The position numbers were made by a program, and so were the translations under genes. A stretch of DNA of 64,000 nt from Octopus sinensis. Taxonomy: Eukaryota. This document shows positions 1 through 13,558 of this stretch, in pieces. The DNA is taken from positions 30,070,001-30,134,000 of the forward strand of contig NC_043004.1 of assembly GCF_006345805.1 (NCBI RefSeq). The letters are read 5' to 3'. The notes under the pieces were generated by a model that was not told the DNA's origin, did not search any database, and saw only the letters and a list, made by a program, of their open reading frames with translations. Numbering within the stretch: position 1 is the stretch's first letter; the number at the start of each line of letters is the position of its first letter.

Positions 1-249
1 ATTACTTAATCCTTTAAGTCTATATTTATTAAATTCCTATTCTGATCTGTTTAAACTGTATATCATTAAATTCTTCAGCAGAGGATATATAGCATTAATG
101 AACTATGATTTAGATTTGTATAATTCTTCAGCCCTATCATCAAAAGAAGTTGATATCTGATGTTCCTGTTAGATAACAATATTCAAATATTATAAGCCTA
201 TTATTTTCTCTCTCTTAGCTACCTTTATTTAAGTCAGCAACAATTTCAG

Positions 250-740
250 TCATCATCATCGTCAACATACTTACATCCACTTTACTAAACTGGAATGCAT
301 AAGATGGATTAGTTTCAACACAACGTCTCACTACTTGTGCAGTCCTTTGTCATTTGTTTTGTAATGTTCAGCAGTTTAAGTTTAGTCTTCCTCTGCTGCT
401 CCCTGAGGTCATCCCTTCTGCGTGCTCCTTTTACTTTCATTGCTTGACACGTTTTCACCCAACAATCATTCTTCATACATGTTACATATCCACATAAATG
501 CAGCCTCCTCTCTTGCCCACCAAAACAGACAACTCTGTTCTCCAATTTCTCTCTGAGTACACTTTTGCTGTTGTTCCTGTACACCGACATCACATAACTA
601 GAGGAGCATAATTGCTTCCTCTCTTTTCATCCTCCACATTCAATGCATGCCTCTCATAACCATGCAACATCACACTTTATACACAAGCATCATACAGTTT
701 GTCCTTCATTTGGAGAGACAATAATCCTTTGTAGTTAACA
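250..740 (-). mobile_element. Degenerate RTE-clade LINE 3' fragment
   Basis: Minus ORF 315-593 (LREKLENRVVCFGGQERRLHLCGYVTCM...VKG) resembles the post-RT C-terminus of RTE LINEs (QERRLRWYGHVMRM). Boundaries approximate. Confidence 0.55.
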
Positions 741-1663
741 GAAGCAATAACTTTAAACATTTTCTGTTTTGTCCCTATTCTGGCTATGCCTTCACCCCAC
801 CCACCCCACTGCCAATTAGATCAACCTGGTAACAAGCTAACAACTATTAATGAGTCTTCTAGTGAATGAAGTGACTATTGCAATATATTTTATAGACAAT
901 CCCATTCTCATTTTCTACAAACAACCTACAGTAAATGCTGTAGCTTGGAAGGGTCATCATGCCAATAGTAAACACATTCACAGGTTTTATTTTATTTCTT
1001 TTATTATTTGTCAACTAATTAACCATTTAACCAAATTTCTAATCAATTATTAGATTAATCATTTAATCAACCAATCAATTAATCAATCAGCTATATTCAT
1101 TAGAGTACTTTTATCCACAATCTCATAAACGATGTGCCTTCTCTCAACAGAAAGTGATAAACAAGAATTTAAACAAACTGATTCATCTCTACACAATATT
1201 CTATAACAGTATCATTAAATGGTACCAACATTTGGAAACTTGCTCAGAGAAAATAATATCAAAGGAATTCAAGAATTGATTTCTTTCTTACACAAAAGGA
1301 TAATTTCTATATAGGACAGTATATAGTCAAAGACCTCAGTATATGACTGATACTTGTTGATTCTGGATAGACCTTTGATCTTTGAATCCAAAGAAATGAA
1401 ACTAAATAATGTAGGTTGCTGCTCTTTAGCACCTGGTAGTTCTAGCCACGACTGCCCTGTCTTTCTAAGGGCATCTAGGAATTCATTATTCAATGTTTCT
1501 TCTCTTTTTACAAGAAAGTAGAATGTAACTTGAAGAAGATTTAGCTGTTATTTCTAGAAGGTTGAATAATCATGTAGAGGCTCCATTACTGGTTTATACT
1601 GTAAGTGATTTAGTTTGGTGCCCCACTTGCATCTACAAATCATCAAGAGATAGCAGTAACCAA

Positions 1664-1722
<59 letters not shown>

Positions 1723-4700
1723 CAGAAATAGAAATTAAATTACCAAGTATTTGATAGATTTAGGGTCAAAGATCATGGAGAGATGTCACCCTGCTACAAT
1801 ATAAACACAGATATTTCAGGAATGGAAGGTTTAACTGAGGAATTAATGATTCAGTCAGTCAATGTATCAGCCTGGAATGTAGTGCAATGCTTGTAAAAGC
1901 ACTGCACAACATTCCAACCTGATATACTCACTTTAAATAGCCTAGTCCACCAAGCTCATCATCGTTTAATGTCTGCCGATGATGATGATGGGCTAGGAGT
2001 GAATCTTAATCTGTTGCCCTTGCTTATACCACCTCCTGGCTCTTGAGTGTCTTTAGTGCACCCCACTCTATTGTCAAGTATTGAACCTATTGTTAGGTAT
2101 TGAACCCAATCTGAGGATAACTTTTTCTCATCAATCACAGAAACCCTGAATAGGAGTCATATGCACTGCCATCCATCCTTTAACTCTCTCTCTCTCATGT
2201 GTCATAGCTTCAGGTATTGGTGATTGTGGACCTTCATGTCAAAGTCTAAAGATGCCTGATTTTTCTTGGGAAAATACAAGTGGTTTCCAGCTGCATTTTT
2301 TGTTGGTTTGTTTACAGTTTACTCTGCTCGTCTCCTGAACCAATTTTTCAGGCACAGAACTACTTTAACCTTTAAGTAAGGGGACTGGTATCAGGACATG
2401 CCTGCATTGTGGTGGGCCAATGTGATACACATCTGTGACCTGGATCTCCTCTGAGTCCTATATGCTTTTGCCACATGACCATCTATTTAAGTTTTAACTG
2501 GGACCCTTGACAGGTACTACCATTCCAGATCAGAGCAGACCAAAACCTGGAAGCAGAGGTAACAAAGGAGTAACTTCATACTTGCCAAAACTCTTGAACA
2601 CCCAGGATGAAACCTCAATGTAGATGCAGTTTAATGTCTAAGTAATTAAACAAATAAAAAATAACTTGCTTCTTCATTAGTTCAAAAAAGCACAGCTGTC
2701 TGTAGACAGTATTGGCCATACAGTAACTGGTGACTGTTAAGTTAAAGTACTGAACTTATATCTTGCTTTAGACAAAATCCAGCAGGGGACATTTATCTCA
2801 GCTGTTTAACACCTTGAAGAAGAGAACAGAATATTTATATTTATCCTGGAACACAAATCAATCAAACAGGCAAGCAAAGTTCTCAAGTATTTGTGGTAGA
2901 GACCCTACACATATGACCCATCCTCTTCCACAAATATCCTAGATATTCTTAATACCATACTGACAGTATCTTGAGGTGCTGTTGCTGTTTAACCCAAGGC
3001 CAGCCCTGATCAAACAGACCTATAATAAAGGTATTCTTACAGTAGCTATCTTGTCTTTTTAAGGACTTGTAGGATCACTTTATTCAAGCTTTTCGCTTTT
3101 GAAGACAGACTGTGTTTTGACGGAGATTTGGTGGCTATTTCTAGCAGGGAGGCTCATGAATCTTGAAGTATACTAACTAGGTGTTTCAGGTGTTGAATAA
3201 TTGGCTCAGCTACTGAAATGGGGCTCTTTTAATGTGGGACTGAAGCTGTATATTATAAAGAACAAGAACTTTTTAATTCTTATGCCTTTCACAATGCAAC
3301 ATCAAGATTGTATGTGAAGTTAAACAGTCTTAACAGGGAATTAAGATTCCATACTGGATCCTGTTTACCAGCCTTATATCTGGCTCTACAGTATTTGCCA
3401 GGTCTATCGTATTGGATCCCTAAATAGGAAGGGCATTACATGCATCAACACATGACTAATAGACAGTTGATTTTATATAAACCAGCTGCCATCTACATGT
3501 ATGGATTGATAACATGTACTAAGCTTTCACTAGTTGTTTTAGGTGTCAATCCTTTCCGACCCACTCTTCGACCCAACGGCTCATCGAGGATGTAACAGCT
3601 AGAGGGAAAGACAGCTGTACCAGTAGTCGTCGGCTGGGACTGATTTTCAGCTGAGTAAACTGGAGCAACGTGAAAGGAAGTGCCTGGGCCAAGGACTCAA
3701 TACGTTGCCCGGTTCAGGATCTAAAGCCTAACCATTGGGTTTCGCACCTCCACTTGACTTTATAGAGGATATCTAAAAGTAAAAAGAAAAAAAAAACACC
3801 TAAAAAAAGACTGTTGCTAATTCAAGAATCCTTAAGTATCATTCACATATGGAAACCAATCTTGGAATTATTTATTTATTTCTGAAGTGGTTGAAATATG
3901 TGTAAAATTGATAATTCATTTATGAAAAAAAATCAAAAAGAATTCTATAGAGAATGTTTTATATTGGGATACGAACATACAAAAATGGTTTTATATGTAC
4001 ACTCTGTTTTTTATATACACTGTCATATGTACAGCAAAGTTGTTTTTAAGGAGGGGGTGGAATAGGCGAGAGACGTTTGAAGACAGTGAAGAAGTCAAAC
4101 ATCTCCACCGTCACACTATACACATTAGTAAGCATGTACCTAACGTTCAGTTTTTAGCGCGGAATGTAACACTTGTACTAATAGAATGTATTACTTGACC
4201 TGTATTAATACAAACTAAATATAAGAAAACAAGGGTAGAAAAGTTTAAGTCTGTTATTGATTTTTTACTATTTAAAATGCATCTATAAATTACAAAAAAG
4301 AAACATTTTTAACAATTTTTCCTTAATGAGACAGGAAATAACAAAACGTTGAGTTATGCATGAAGGGATAGGGGTAAATTTTTGTAATGAGTTGATATCT
4401 GAATTTATATATTAACGCCCATTGGTGTGTCTATGTTGATGTAAATAAGAAATAGATATAAGTGATAACACACAACTACAACCCTATAAAACAATCTACA
4501 ATTTCAACTGCATCGGATTTGTGTATGGATGTGTATGTATGTACGTATAATAAAATACATTTGTACACACAAGATGAATGCTGTCATTCTCATTACACTG
4601 GATACATGTAACAATGTTAATAAACATTATGCAGGAAACAACATTATTTTGTACGTTGCACACATTTTTGTTTATTGTCGCATGTGTGTGTAACAATAAA

Positions 4701-6529
4701 TGCGTTTTTTTTAGTTTAGGATAGTGTTAAATTGTTATATACACTCACCAAACAACACAAGCATAAAGCCTACATATGCATGTATATTCGAAGATTAACA
4801 TCCCAACAAAACATATTCCATACATATTCGTATAGCTAAATAGATAAGAAAATTTATTTGCTGTTTCTCACAGAATATAAAGATAATCAATGAATGAAAT
4901 AAATGATTTCAATAAACAGACAAATATGAAGAATGGATATGATGTGAACACGGGACGGTATGTTAAAGAATGAATGAATAAAAATGTCAAACCTCCATGT
5001 GACCCAGCTATTATAGTCGGTGGGGGTGGGTACCGTTACAATTAGAAAGACGCAAATGACATTTACATGCATGTACAGTAACATTGATATGAATGATATA
5101 AAACCGTTCTTCCTGGTTCTGTCATCGGAACAGATATATGTAAATGAAGAGCAATGAAATTTAACTTACTGTCATCACGTTCCTTTCCCCCAGTGTTGTT
5201 ATTTTTCAATGGGTGGGACAACATTCAGCAAACAGGTGTATGTGTGTGTGGGTGTGTCCCTGGAGAATGTGATCGTTGGGGTCTGACAAGGTTTAATAAT
5301 GCATCTTACATGCGTATTTGCTATAAATTTGTTTACAGCAGCAGCTATTATCATCATCAGGTCTCAACAGCTAGCAGCATTATCATCATTGTTATTATTG
5401 ACATATCATCGATGATGTTAGACCACACTCCATCGTTACTGCTGCATGTGCGTATTTCAATATTGTTGCATGTTTATCAACTCTCGTGTCACGTTAGTTC
5501 ATAAGGACGATAAGAAAGTGGAGAGGGAGAATTTCCTCAAAATAGAAAAGAGTTAATTAAAAAAAAACAACAAATAGATAGATAAATAGAGAATAGAAAA
5601 GAAAGAGAGAAAGATAGAGATTTGTATGGAAATAAAAAGACTAATAGTTTCTAGAGGAAGGAGAGGAGGAGCAGTGACAGTAGCAGTTGTCGGCCAACCT
5701 CAACAGTGACGTCATAGCAGTATCAGTGAGCCCTTCATTACTATAGACCCTTTATTCAGTAGACCCTTTAAATAAACAGGAACATGCAAAAAAAAAAAAA
5801 AAATGATAAATAAATAAAATAATCACAGCGTATCCGATCGTTCTCCCGAACCATTTCTGAAAAGAATGCGTTTCTGTAAATATAAATAAAAGCTAGTTTC
5901 CATTTAAAATACTCAACATGTGTTGCTTTAATTAAAAATAATGTAGTTTATTTGTAATTTGTGGATATAAAAATGTAATTAGAGTATCAATCGTTTATGC
6001 AAATATTTATTCTTATTCGATTAATGAAGAAGAATAATGTGTCAGTCGAATAACGCTGATAACAGCAATTTTGTTTTGACGTAAATTTCACAGCCATGGA
6101 GTTTTATTTTAAAATGACAGGTCAGTTCAACCCTTAAGGGATTCATGCTTTCGAAAAGGACAGCCAAAACATTCAATATCTTAACATCGCCACCTATACG
6201 GTTTGGAAAACGAAAATGCCTTGAGTATATATGTTAGGTATGTTCATTATCCATATATTGCACAAGGCTATAAATTCGTGTTGGGAAGGGTTCTGAACGA
6301 TTGAGTTGGACCCCGTACTCAGAATATACCTGGGACTTATTTTATTAACTTTAGAGAAATTCATGGCAATGTTTTTTGACTATGTTAAGAATTGAAAATA
6401 ATAACATAAGATGACCGTTGAAAGTAAAAATACTGTAAGATATTTAGTTCGGCGCTCTCTACTTTTACCCCCCCCCACCACTTTTGAACACGTGTTGATC
6501 ATATGATAAATGTAAGGAAGAAATATAGG

Positions 6530-7050
6530 AACACGCATACACACACATGCAGTGCATACACATGCACACACATATACATACACACGCACTCCACATACGC
6601 GCGCGCACACTCACGCACATAAACACATGCACATATGTACGCGCATACGTATACATATACACACATACACATGCGCGCGCACATATACCTATACGCTCGC
6701 ACATAGACGCACACACAAATGCGCATACATGCACACACATGCACACTGACACATGCGCATGCACACGTACATCCACACGTACACATGCACAGATTTATTA
6801 AGCACATATACACGCACAAAATGCACGAGATCTCATGCAGGTCGATCAGTGTGTTGTGAAATTATAAAAAAATATTCCATCTCTTCATAAAATTAAAAAA
6901 GTATTTGTGTGTATGTGTGTGTGTGTGCATGTGCGTGTGTGTTAGCGAGTAGCAGCTATGAGTGAGTAAAAGTGGAGACGAGAAGTTATAGAAACCGTTA
7001 GTAAGGGAGAAAGAGAGAGACAGAGAGAAAGAAAGAGAGAGAGAGTGTGT
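6530..7050. repeat. Complex (CA)n/(TG)n/(GA)n microsatellite tract
   Basis: Directly visible; explains the spurious HTHT/CVCV ORFs. Confidence 0.9.
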
Positions 7051-8030
7051 GTTAAGTCAATTTCGGAGATCTGACGTTTCTGATGAGCGGGAAAAGGGGT
7101 CAGAAATTGCCCTATTAAATAAATGCCATGAACTTCTAAGTTGTTATCGTTTAGCCCCAGGTCAGTGTCGATCAGATCTATGATCAAAAAGCATTCCAGC
7201 CTTGATCATCCATCTTCCCCTTTCCTCCATCCCAAATATGGTTTATCGATTGCGTCAATAAAGTGTTGTTCTTCCAAAGAATCTCACGGACAAGCCGTCT
7301 CCAAGTTCTTTACACGTATCTGGAGCTGTTCAAGGTTGTCTCCCCTTTTGCTTCATCGTCCCATTTATCCATCTCACAGGTCGTAACCTTCCTCTTGAAC
7401 TTCAGTTTTTCCCAAACCAGGACTCAACAGACTTCTTATAGCATTGATTCTTTCATCGAATCATTGATAACTTATCAATCCCTGTTACGTAAATTTCCAA
7501 GAAAAAAAAAAAAAATCAGATGTTCTCGGACCCCATACTACTGATTTCCTTCACAAAATAGGGATAACGGCAACCCATCGGAGGAATGAGCCCTGCGAGG
7601 TGGAGTGGCTGCTCGTTGCAGCGAGTGTCTTTGGCCATTCCCCGCAGCAACGCAGTCACGGTCATTACCGCTGGACGCGGCTTAGCATCCAACTTGTTCT
7701 GGAATATATAGTCCATCTCAACCTCCTTCTCTGTCTTCCGCTGCTTTCCCCCATCTTTTTCTTTTTCCTTTTCTTTCCTTATCTTTCTTTTTTTCCTGAT
7801 TCTTTGTATTTAAATATAATTAAATCTCAGAATGAGATTGAAACAGTAATCGCTCGATAATGTAAAGTATAGGAGCCATCTTATCATGGCTAACCACATT
7901 GGGGAGGGGATGTTACTGTAGCTCTATAGCTCCAAGAGATCTTTGTCTCTAGCTGGCTCTAAACACAATATCTGTGTCTTTAGAGTATTTGCAAAGGGAG
8001 GCCATCCCTTCCTCGCAAGCCTGAGTGATA

Positions 8031-8073
8031 CGCTCGAACTAGTTTCGGGATTTTTGTCCCTCGTCAACGGGCG
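8031..8073 (-). ncRNA. Minimal type I hammerhead ribozyme motif (copy 1)
   Basis: Minus strand reads CGCCCG-TTGACGA-GGGA(CAAAAA)TCCC-GAAA-CTAG-TT-CGAGCG: stem I, core (U3 variant of CUGANGA), stem II, GAAA, palindromic ACTAGT stem III, GUU cleavage triplet. Confidence 0.75.
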
Positions 8074-8637
8074 GTAACCACCAGGTAGCGATGAAAGAGA
8101 AGGCTCCTTTGCAAATAGATATAAGTTTTTCTAATGGCATCTGCCACTGATGTCGAAAAACGAACAGTAAGCATAATTAAATCTCAGAATGAGACCCCCT
8201 CCCCTATGTGGTTAGTCATGATAAGATGGCTTCTATACTTTACATTATCGAACGATTACTGTTTCAATCTCATTCTGAGATTTAATTATGCTTACTGTTC
8301 GTTTTTCGACATCAGTGGCAGATGCCATTAGAAAAACTTATATCTATTTGCAAAGGAGCCTTCTCTTTCATCGCTACCTGGTGTTTTTTGAATTTTTCCT
8401 CGGCGTATACCAATATTTTTCTGTTGCTGCAAATCGTTGTGTGAGTTCGTTTCCGTTTGTCTACTCTGTCGTGTTACAAGTAATATCATTGTTGAACTGT
8501 TTTTGACCCAGTAATTTTCGCCCTTCGGGGTAGAAAATTTCTGTGTGCTGTTTTGTGTGAACTCTTAACCTGTATAGGTTATTTTTGGAAAAAAAAAAAA
8601 TTCTCTTGTCATTTGTGACAAGTTTGTGTTGTCTAAT

Positions 8638-10072
8638 ATGGAATTAGACTTAAGTTCAAAAAAAGACTTTCCCGAGATGGGAGAAAGTATAACAACTGTT
8701 AAACAAAAGGAAACACAGACAAAACCCAGTTTTTCAGACGCCGTAGGTGGCGAAGTCGAAGAAATGGAGGTATCAATGGAAAGATTATTCAAGTTTAGAT
8801 CGCTGGTGCAAAAAAGTGGTGAAGAAACACGATTGGTACCGCCCCCCGAAACTATACAAGCAATAAAGGAAAAAATGGTCACCTACAGGGTGTACAATAT
8901 CAAGGAAAAACGAATGACCGACGTGAAAAACGAAATGGTCGAAAAGTGTATGGCTCCAATATGGAGTAAAGTTAGTCATGTCAACCGAGGTGCAAGAAGC
9001 GCTACAGTGGAGGCGCATTTTGAAACGGCGGAAGTAGCAAGGCAAATTTCGACACAAACGTTGAAAAACGAGAGTATAATACTGCTACCCTTATATTTAG
9101 GATGCAGAACCGCAAAAGTGACCCTAGAAGATATACCAAGGGCTACGACGTGATGTGGGCGGCAACAGCGGTCATTTTTGATGTTGAATCAAAATTGACA
9201 ATTTTAAGTATGAAGAGAAAAATTGCAAAACACTGGAGAGGCCAGCAGCTGGAGATGATAATCCAGGCGGAAAATGCGACGTTGGAAAGCCTACCAGACA
9301 GAGTCTTCGTGGGGGAGGGGCACTCCATACGAGTTTCGGTGGAAGGACGCAGGCCCAGATGTTTTAAGTGCGGGCAAAAGGGCCACGTTCGCTCCGTTTG
9401 CACAAAAAAAAATAATGCGGGCAACGCCCCCCCACAAAACGCTGTGAAGAACGCAGAAAGCAGCAAAGTGGAGAAAAAAGTAACGGCTGGCGAAAACAAG
9501 GAGGAAAAAATAAACAGGTCGAACTCCAAAAAGGAGGAAGACAAGAACGAAATGCAAAATGAGAAAGGAAAGGATGAGGAAAATAATGCAACAAAAACAA
9601 ATAAACAAGAAGACATGGAATTTACGAACGTGTCCAACAAAAGGAAAAAATCCATCACCCCTGACTCCCCACCCGTATCAAAAAAAAAAAACAACGCAGA
9701 CGAACAAATTAAAAATATTCTCCAATCCCACCCCGGCGGTACTACACTTATAGGCCAGCACTTTAACAAACCCCACCCCCCAACTGAAAAGGGTTTAAAC
9801 CCAACGAAAAAATTATTGCATACACCACAAAGAACGTGAGAGTAGAAACATGGGTGAAAGCAAGTACGCTGATCAGGTGCTACAAAGCGACCGAGAAGGA
9901 AGCGGAGTGGCGATATGGAAGGGTCGGCGAAGAAGGATGGAAAGACAAAACCTTACAAAGCCACGTAAAAGCCGGCTTCATTAAGGATGTCACCCAGGAG
10001 GTGACAACTGGGAAATTACCCGTTAGCCCGGCAGTCACACACCAACCCAGAGCCCGGTGGCAACGCCGGTGA
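8638..10072 (+). pseudogene. Tx1-like ORF1 (gag-like) with CCHC zinc knuckle, frameshifted
   Basis: Pieces 8626-9153, 9102-9839 and probably 9836-10072; CFKCGQKGHVRSVC knuckle near 9360-9401, then a Lys/Glu-rich linker. The extension to 10072 is inferred. Confidence 0.8.
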
Positions 10073-10168
10073 AACACCCAGCAGCAACGGCGAGTGGGGG
10101 GAGACAGGCAGAAAGAATCTGTCAGGCTCCCTCTCGCAACCGTGAGTAAATAATTTTCTTTTTTCTCG

Positions 10169-13100
10169 ATGATTAAGTTAGGTTGTATAAATGTGCGTGG
10201 AATGGGATCGAAATGGAAACAGGCTTGTTTTCGTGACGACCTCATTTCACATAGAATCGAAGTAGCTATTGTTACCGAGTCCAAGATGAAGGGACCCCAA
10301 GCGTTCTCACCACTTCTCAATGGTTACGAGAAATTTATTTCTCCTAGCCGAGGGGGAGGTGCAGGCGTGGCAGTTCTTTTCAGGAAGAACTTGGACTTAC
10401 AGGTAAGTACTGTCTTTTTGGACCCAGAAGGTAGGCTGGTTGTCCTAGATGTGACGCACGTGAGTAAGCAGTCCTTCAGGTTGGTGGCTGTCTACGCTCC
10501 TAACGGACGTGGGCAGACCGGTTTTTATCGGGAACTGGAGCACTTTCTAGTGACGTCCAAAACGGTAGTCTTGGTAGGGGATTTCAACACCATTCTCGAT
10601 GCGCGGGTGGGTGGTGTAGGCTCGAGCGATAGGAAGGGGAATCCTGGCCTCAAGGCTCTACTAGCGAGCTTTAATCTAGTAGACCGTTTTCGACTGGATG
10701 AGCCGAACGTTCCACAGTGGACGTGGAGTAATAACGACGGCTCACTCAGATCGTACATAGATAGAGTATTTGTTAAGGAACGAGATAGGAATAGTGTTAG
10801 CTGTCCACAATTCTCTGTTGTGCCTTACACGGATCACAAACTTGTAACGTGTGAGGTACATGTAGATAAATGCCATAGACAAGGTCCCGGGTACTGGAAG
10901 ATGAACAAGTCTATTTTGACCTGTGAAGCTTTCCGTACCCGGATTAAGGAATTAGTACAGAGGGCATTATGTGGCACCATCATTAATAATAGATGGTGGC
11001 TCGCCCTCAAAAGAGCCATCCGTTTGGAGTCCATTAGATTTAGCAAGCAGCTAAGTTTAGATAGGACTAGAATAGAGGGCGAATTAGTTAAGAACTTAGA
11101 CGAGGCTATGAAATCTGGCTGTGCATCCGGAGTGTTGGCAGCGAGAGCGGTATTGTACCGTCACCTCAACGCCAAGCACGAGGGGTGTAGAGTCAGAGCT
11201 AAGTTACGTGCAGGAAAACGAGAAGGTATTAACGTTGCCGGATGGGCCCGTCGTGAGGAGAGTCAGAAGGGCAAAAAGTCCTGTATTATGTCCTTATCTG
11301 ACGAGCAGGACCGCAAGATCTATGGACAGGAGGAGATGCAGAAGGTCCTTCACCAGCATTTCGCACGGCTGTTTGGGAGCGGTGGCCCGCTCGAGCGTGG
11401 GGAGACCTTAAAGGACTTCCTAGCTGGTGGGCCTCGGCTCTCGGCGGGTGAGGCGGAGTGCTGTGAAGGATCGATCTCTCCCGCAGAGGTAAGAGGGGTT
11501 ATGGCCGAGTGCGCCGGGGAAAAGTCACCGGGATTGGATGGTCTACCCTATGAATTTTATTGTTGTATGCCGGACTTGTTCGGGGACATACTGGCAAGCG
11601 TCTATGCAAACTGGCAACAGAATGGGAGGATTCCCAGCTCTGTGAGTCGGGGAGTTGTGACGCTGGTCCAGAAAGACCCGAGCAAGGGGGACAGTATTAG
11701 TAATTACAGGCCCATAACTCTACTTAATGTAGAGTTTAAGATTTTGGCCAAGGTGTTAGCAAAAAGGTTGACGGCTGTCGTGAAGAAACTTGTCGGGAAG
11801 GCACAGACATGTGCAATCCCAGGCAGGTCGATCCAGGATAATCTTCACCTTCTCCGCTACACTATAGATAGGGTCGGGAAATTAGACGGCAAAGGAGGGG
11901 CATTGGTCCATTTAGACCAAAGTAAAGCGTTTGATAGGTGGACCATCGGTACTTGGCGGCGGTTCTCGAAGCGGCTGGGCTGGGCCCTGGCTTCTGCGGG
12001 TGGATCTCAGCTATGTACAGCGGCATCAAGTCCACAGTCCAGATAAACGGTTACCTAACGGAGCCGTTTTCGATCAAGCGTTCAGTTCGTCAAGGGTGCC
12101 CCTTGTCCCCGCTCCTGTATGTTTTGGCTCTTGAGCCATTGCTGCAGAAGCTGGAGAAGTTGGGAGGCAACCCTAATGAAATCGGATGCGGTAAGTCTGT
12201 TTCTGCCTATGCGGATGACGTCACCCTCATCGTGTCCAACGGAACACAGCTACCTCGGGTAGTAGGTGCTCTCCATAGATACGAAGCGGTGGCAGGGGCA
12301 AAAGTTAACAGGGACAAGTCCATCGGTTTGCGCCTCGGCACCTGGAGGAACAAGCAGATACCGTCCAGTGTTGTTGGACACTGGACGGATGGTCCTGTTA
12401 AATTGCTCGGAGTATGGTTTGGTCCAGACTCCCAGACGGAGAAGAATTGGAGCGAGGTAACGAGCAAGGTGGATGCCATAGTACGGAAGTGGTCCGGAAG
12501 CATCTTTCCTTGAAAGGGAGGGCGGAGGTGGCACAGATGTTTATAGCCTCTGTCGTCACCTACCGCCTGACCGTCGTGCCTTGCCCCGATTCGTGGTTAA
12601 ACAAGTTGGAACGACTTCTTTTCCGCTTTTTGTGAAAGGAGGAAAGCCACTTGTGAGACGCTCCGTGTGTTGCCAGGAACTGCTAAAGGGTGGACTGGGG
12701 ATGCCTTGGCTAATGATGCGCAAGCATGCGTTGAGGCTGAGACACCTCTGGTGTTACCTGGAGGATGATAAGGTGTGGAGTTCGCTGGCAGAGGAATTCT
12801 TCCCGCGACCGGCCTCTATGGAGGGATTTACACCCGGTCTCATTAAAGGACGTAAACTGACTTCATGGCAGAAGGAGTGCCGACAGGCACTCTGGCTGAT
12901 CCACAAGATGGGTAAGGCCGGCAGCGGGAATACCACCTCGGTGTTCTATAAAGGGCTGGTAGGAGGAAAAAATGACGACGTCCTAGGAAGGGCTCTGGGG
13001 TTCGATGAGGATCAACTCTCCAACCTGTTTAAGAAGACTTTCAGGCGGCCGGGTATTTGGATAATTACCAAAAATCCCTGACCTAGCAGTGCTATAGGAA

Positions 13101-13558
13101 TGCATTACCTGTTCGCGAGAAGTTATCCAGGCACGGAATGTCAGTGCCACCGACGACGTCCAAGATGTGGGTTGGACGATGAAACCGTTCAACACGCTTT
13201 TGTACAATGTCGGGAGCTGTCAGGCTTGATAAGTTACGTGGAACACGTGTTGTCGCATCTGGGACGAGTACAGCTGTCGGCTGGATCTATGATTAAGATG
13301 ATACCGCCAACTGGACTCTCAAAGGAAGGTAAGGCTTGTTTTTACTGTACGGTGGCAGTATTGAAAGAGTGTGTATGGAGAACTAGAGTGGAAGGTCTAG
13401 TGAAAGGGTCCTTTATCTCTGGCCCCGGTTTGTTAAAATACTTCGGATATCATCTGAAGAGCAAGATGGGGTTGGAGAAGAGGAGCCTGCCACAGAAAGA
13501 GTATATGGAACGTTGGAAGGATGTGATGAGAAAGGTGGGTGAGAGTAACCCAGCTTAA
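10169..13558 (+). pseudogene. Tx1-like ORF2: AP endonuclease, reverse transcriptase, C-terminal Zn finger; several frameshifts and one TAG
   Basis: APE motifs (GCINVRG, VTESK, VGDFN, YIDR, DHK); RT motifs (KSPGLDG, NYRPITLLN, DQSKAFD, GCPLSP, YADD); RPRCGLDDETVQHAFVQC finger. Breaks near 11935, 12500, 12633, 13050 and 13150; TAG at 13084-13086. Confidence 0.93.

Noticed and set aside
1874-1915. Hairpin GGAATGT-GTGCA-TGCTT/AAGCA-TGCAC-ACATTCC
   Set aside because: Only ~42 nt, too short for a pre-miRNA, and no other support.
5690-5730. CRE palindrome TGACGTCA at 5707-5714 as a promoter
   Set aside because: A single 8-mer with no identifiable downstream gene.
7200-7800. Possible Tx1-like ORF1 remnant on the minus strand (ORF 7516-7716)
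   Set aside because: Only compositional similarity (Lys/Glu-rich, VESW vs VETW); no diagnostic motif.
7995-8052. HDV-like ribozyme around TTCCTCGC
   Set aside because: P1/P3 pairing could not be completed; this is the antisense of the hammerhead rod.
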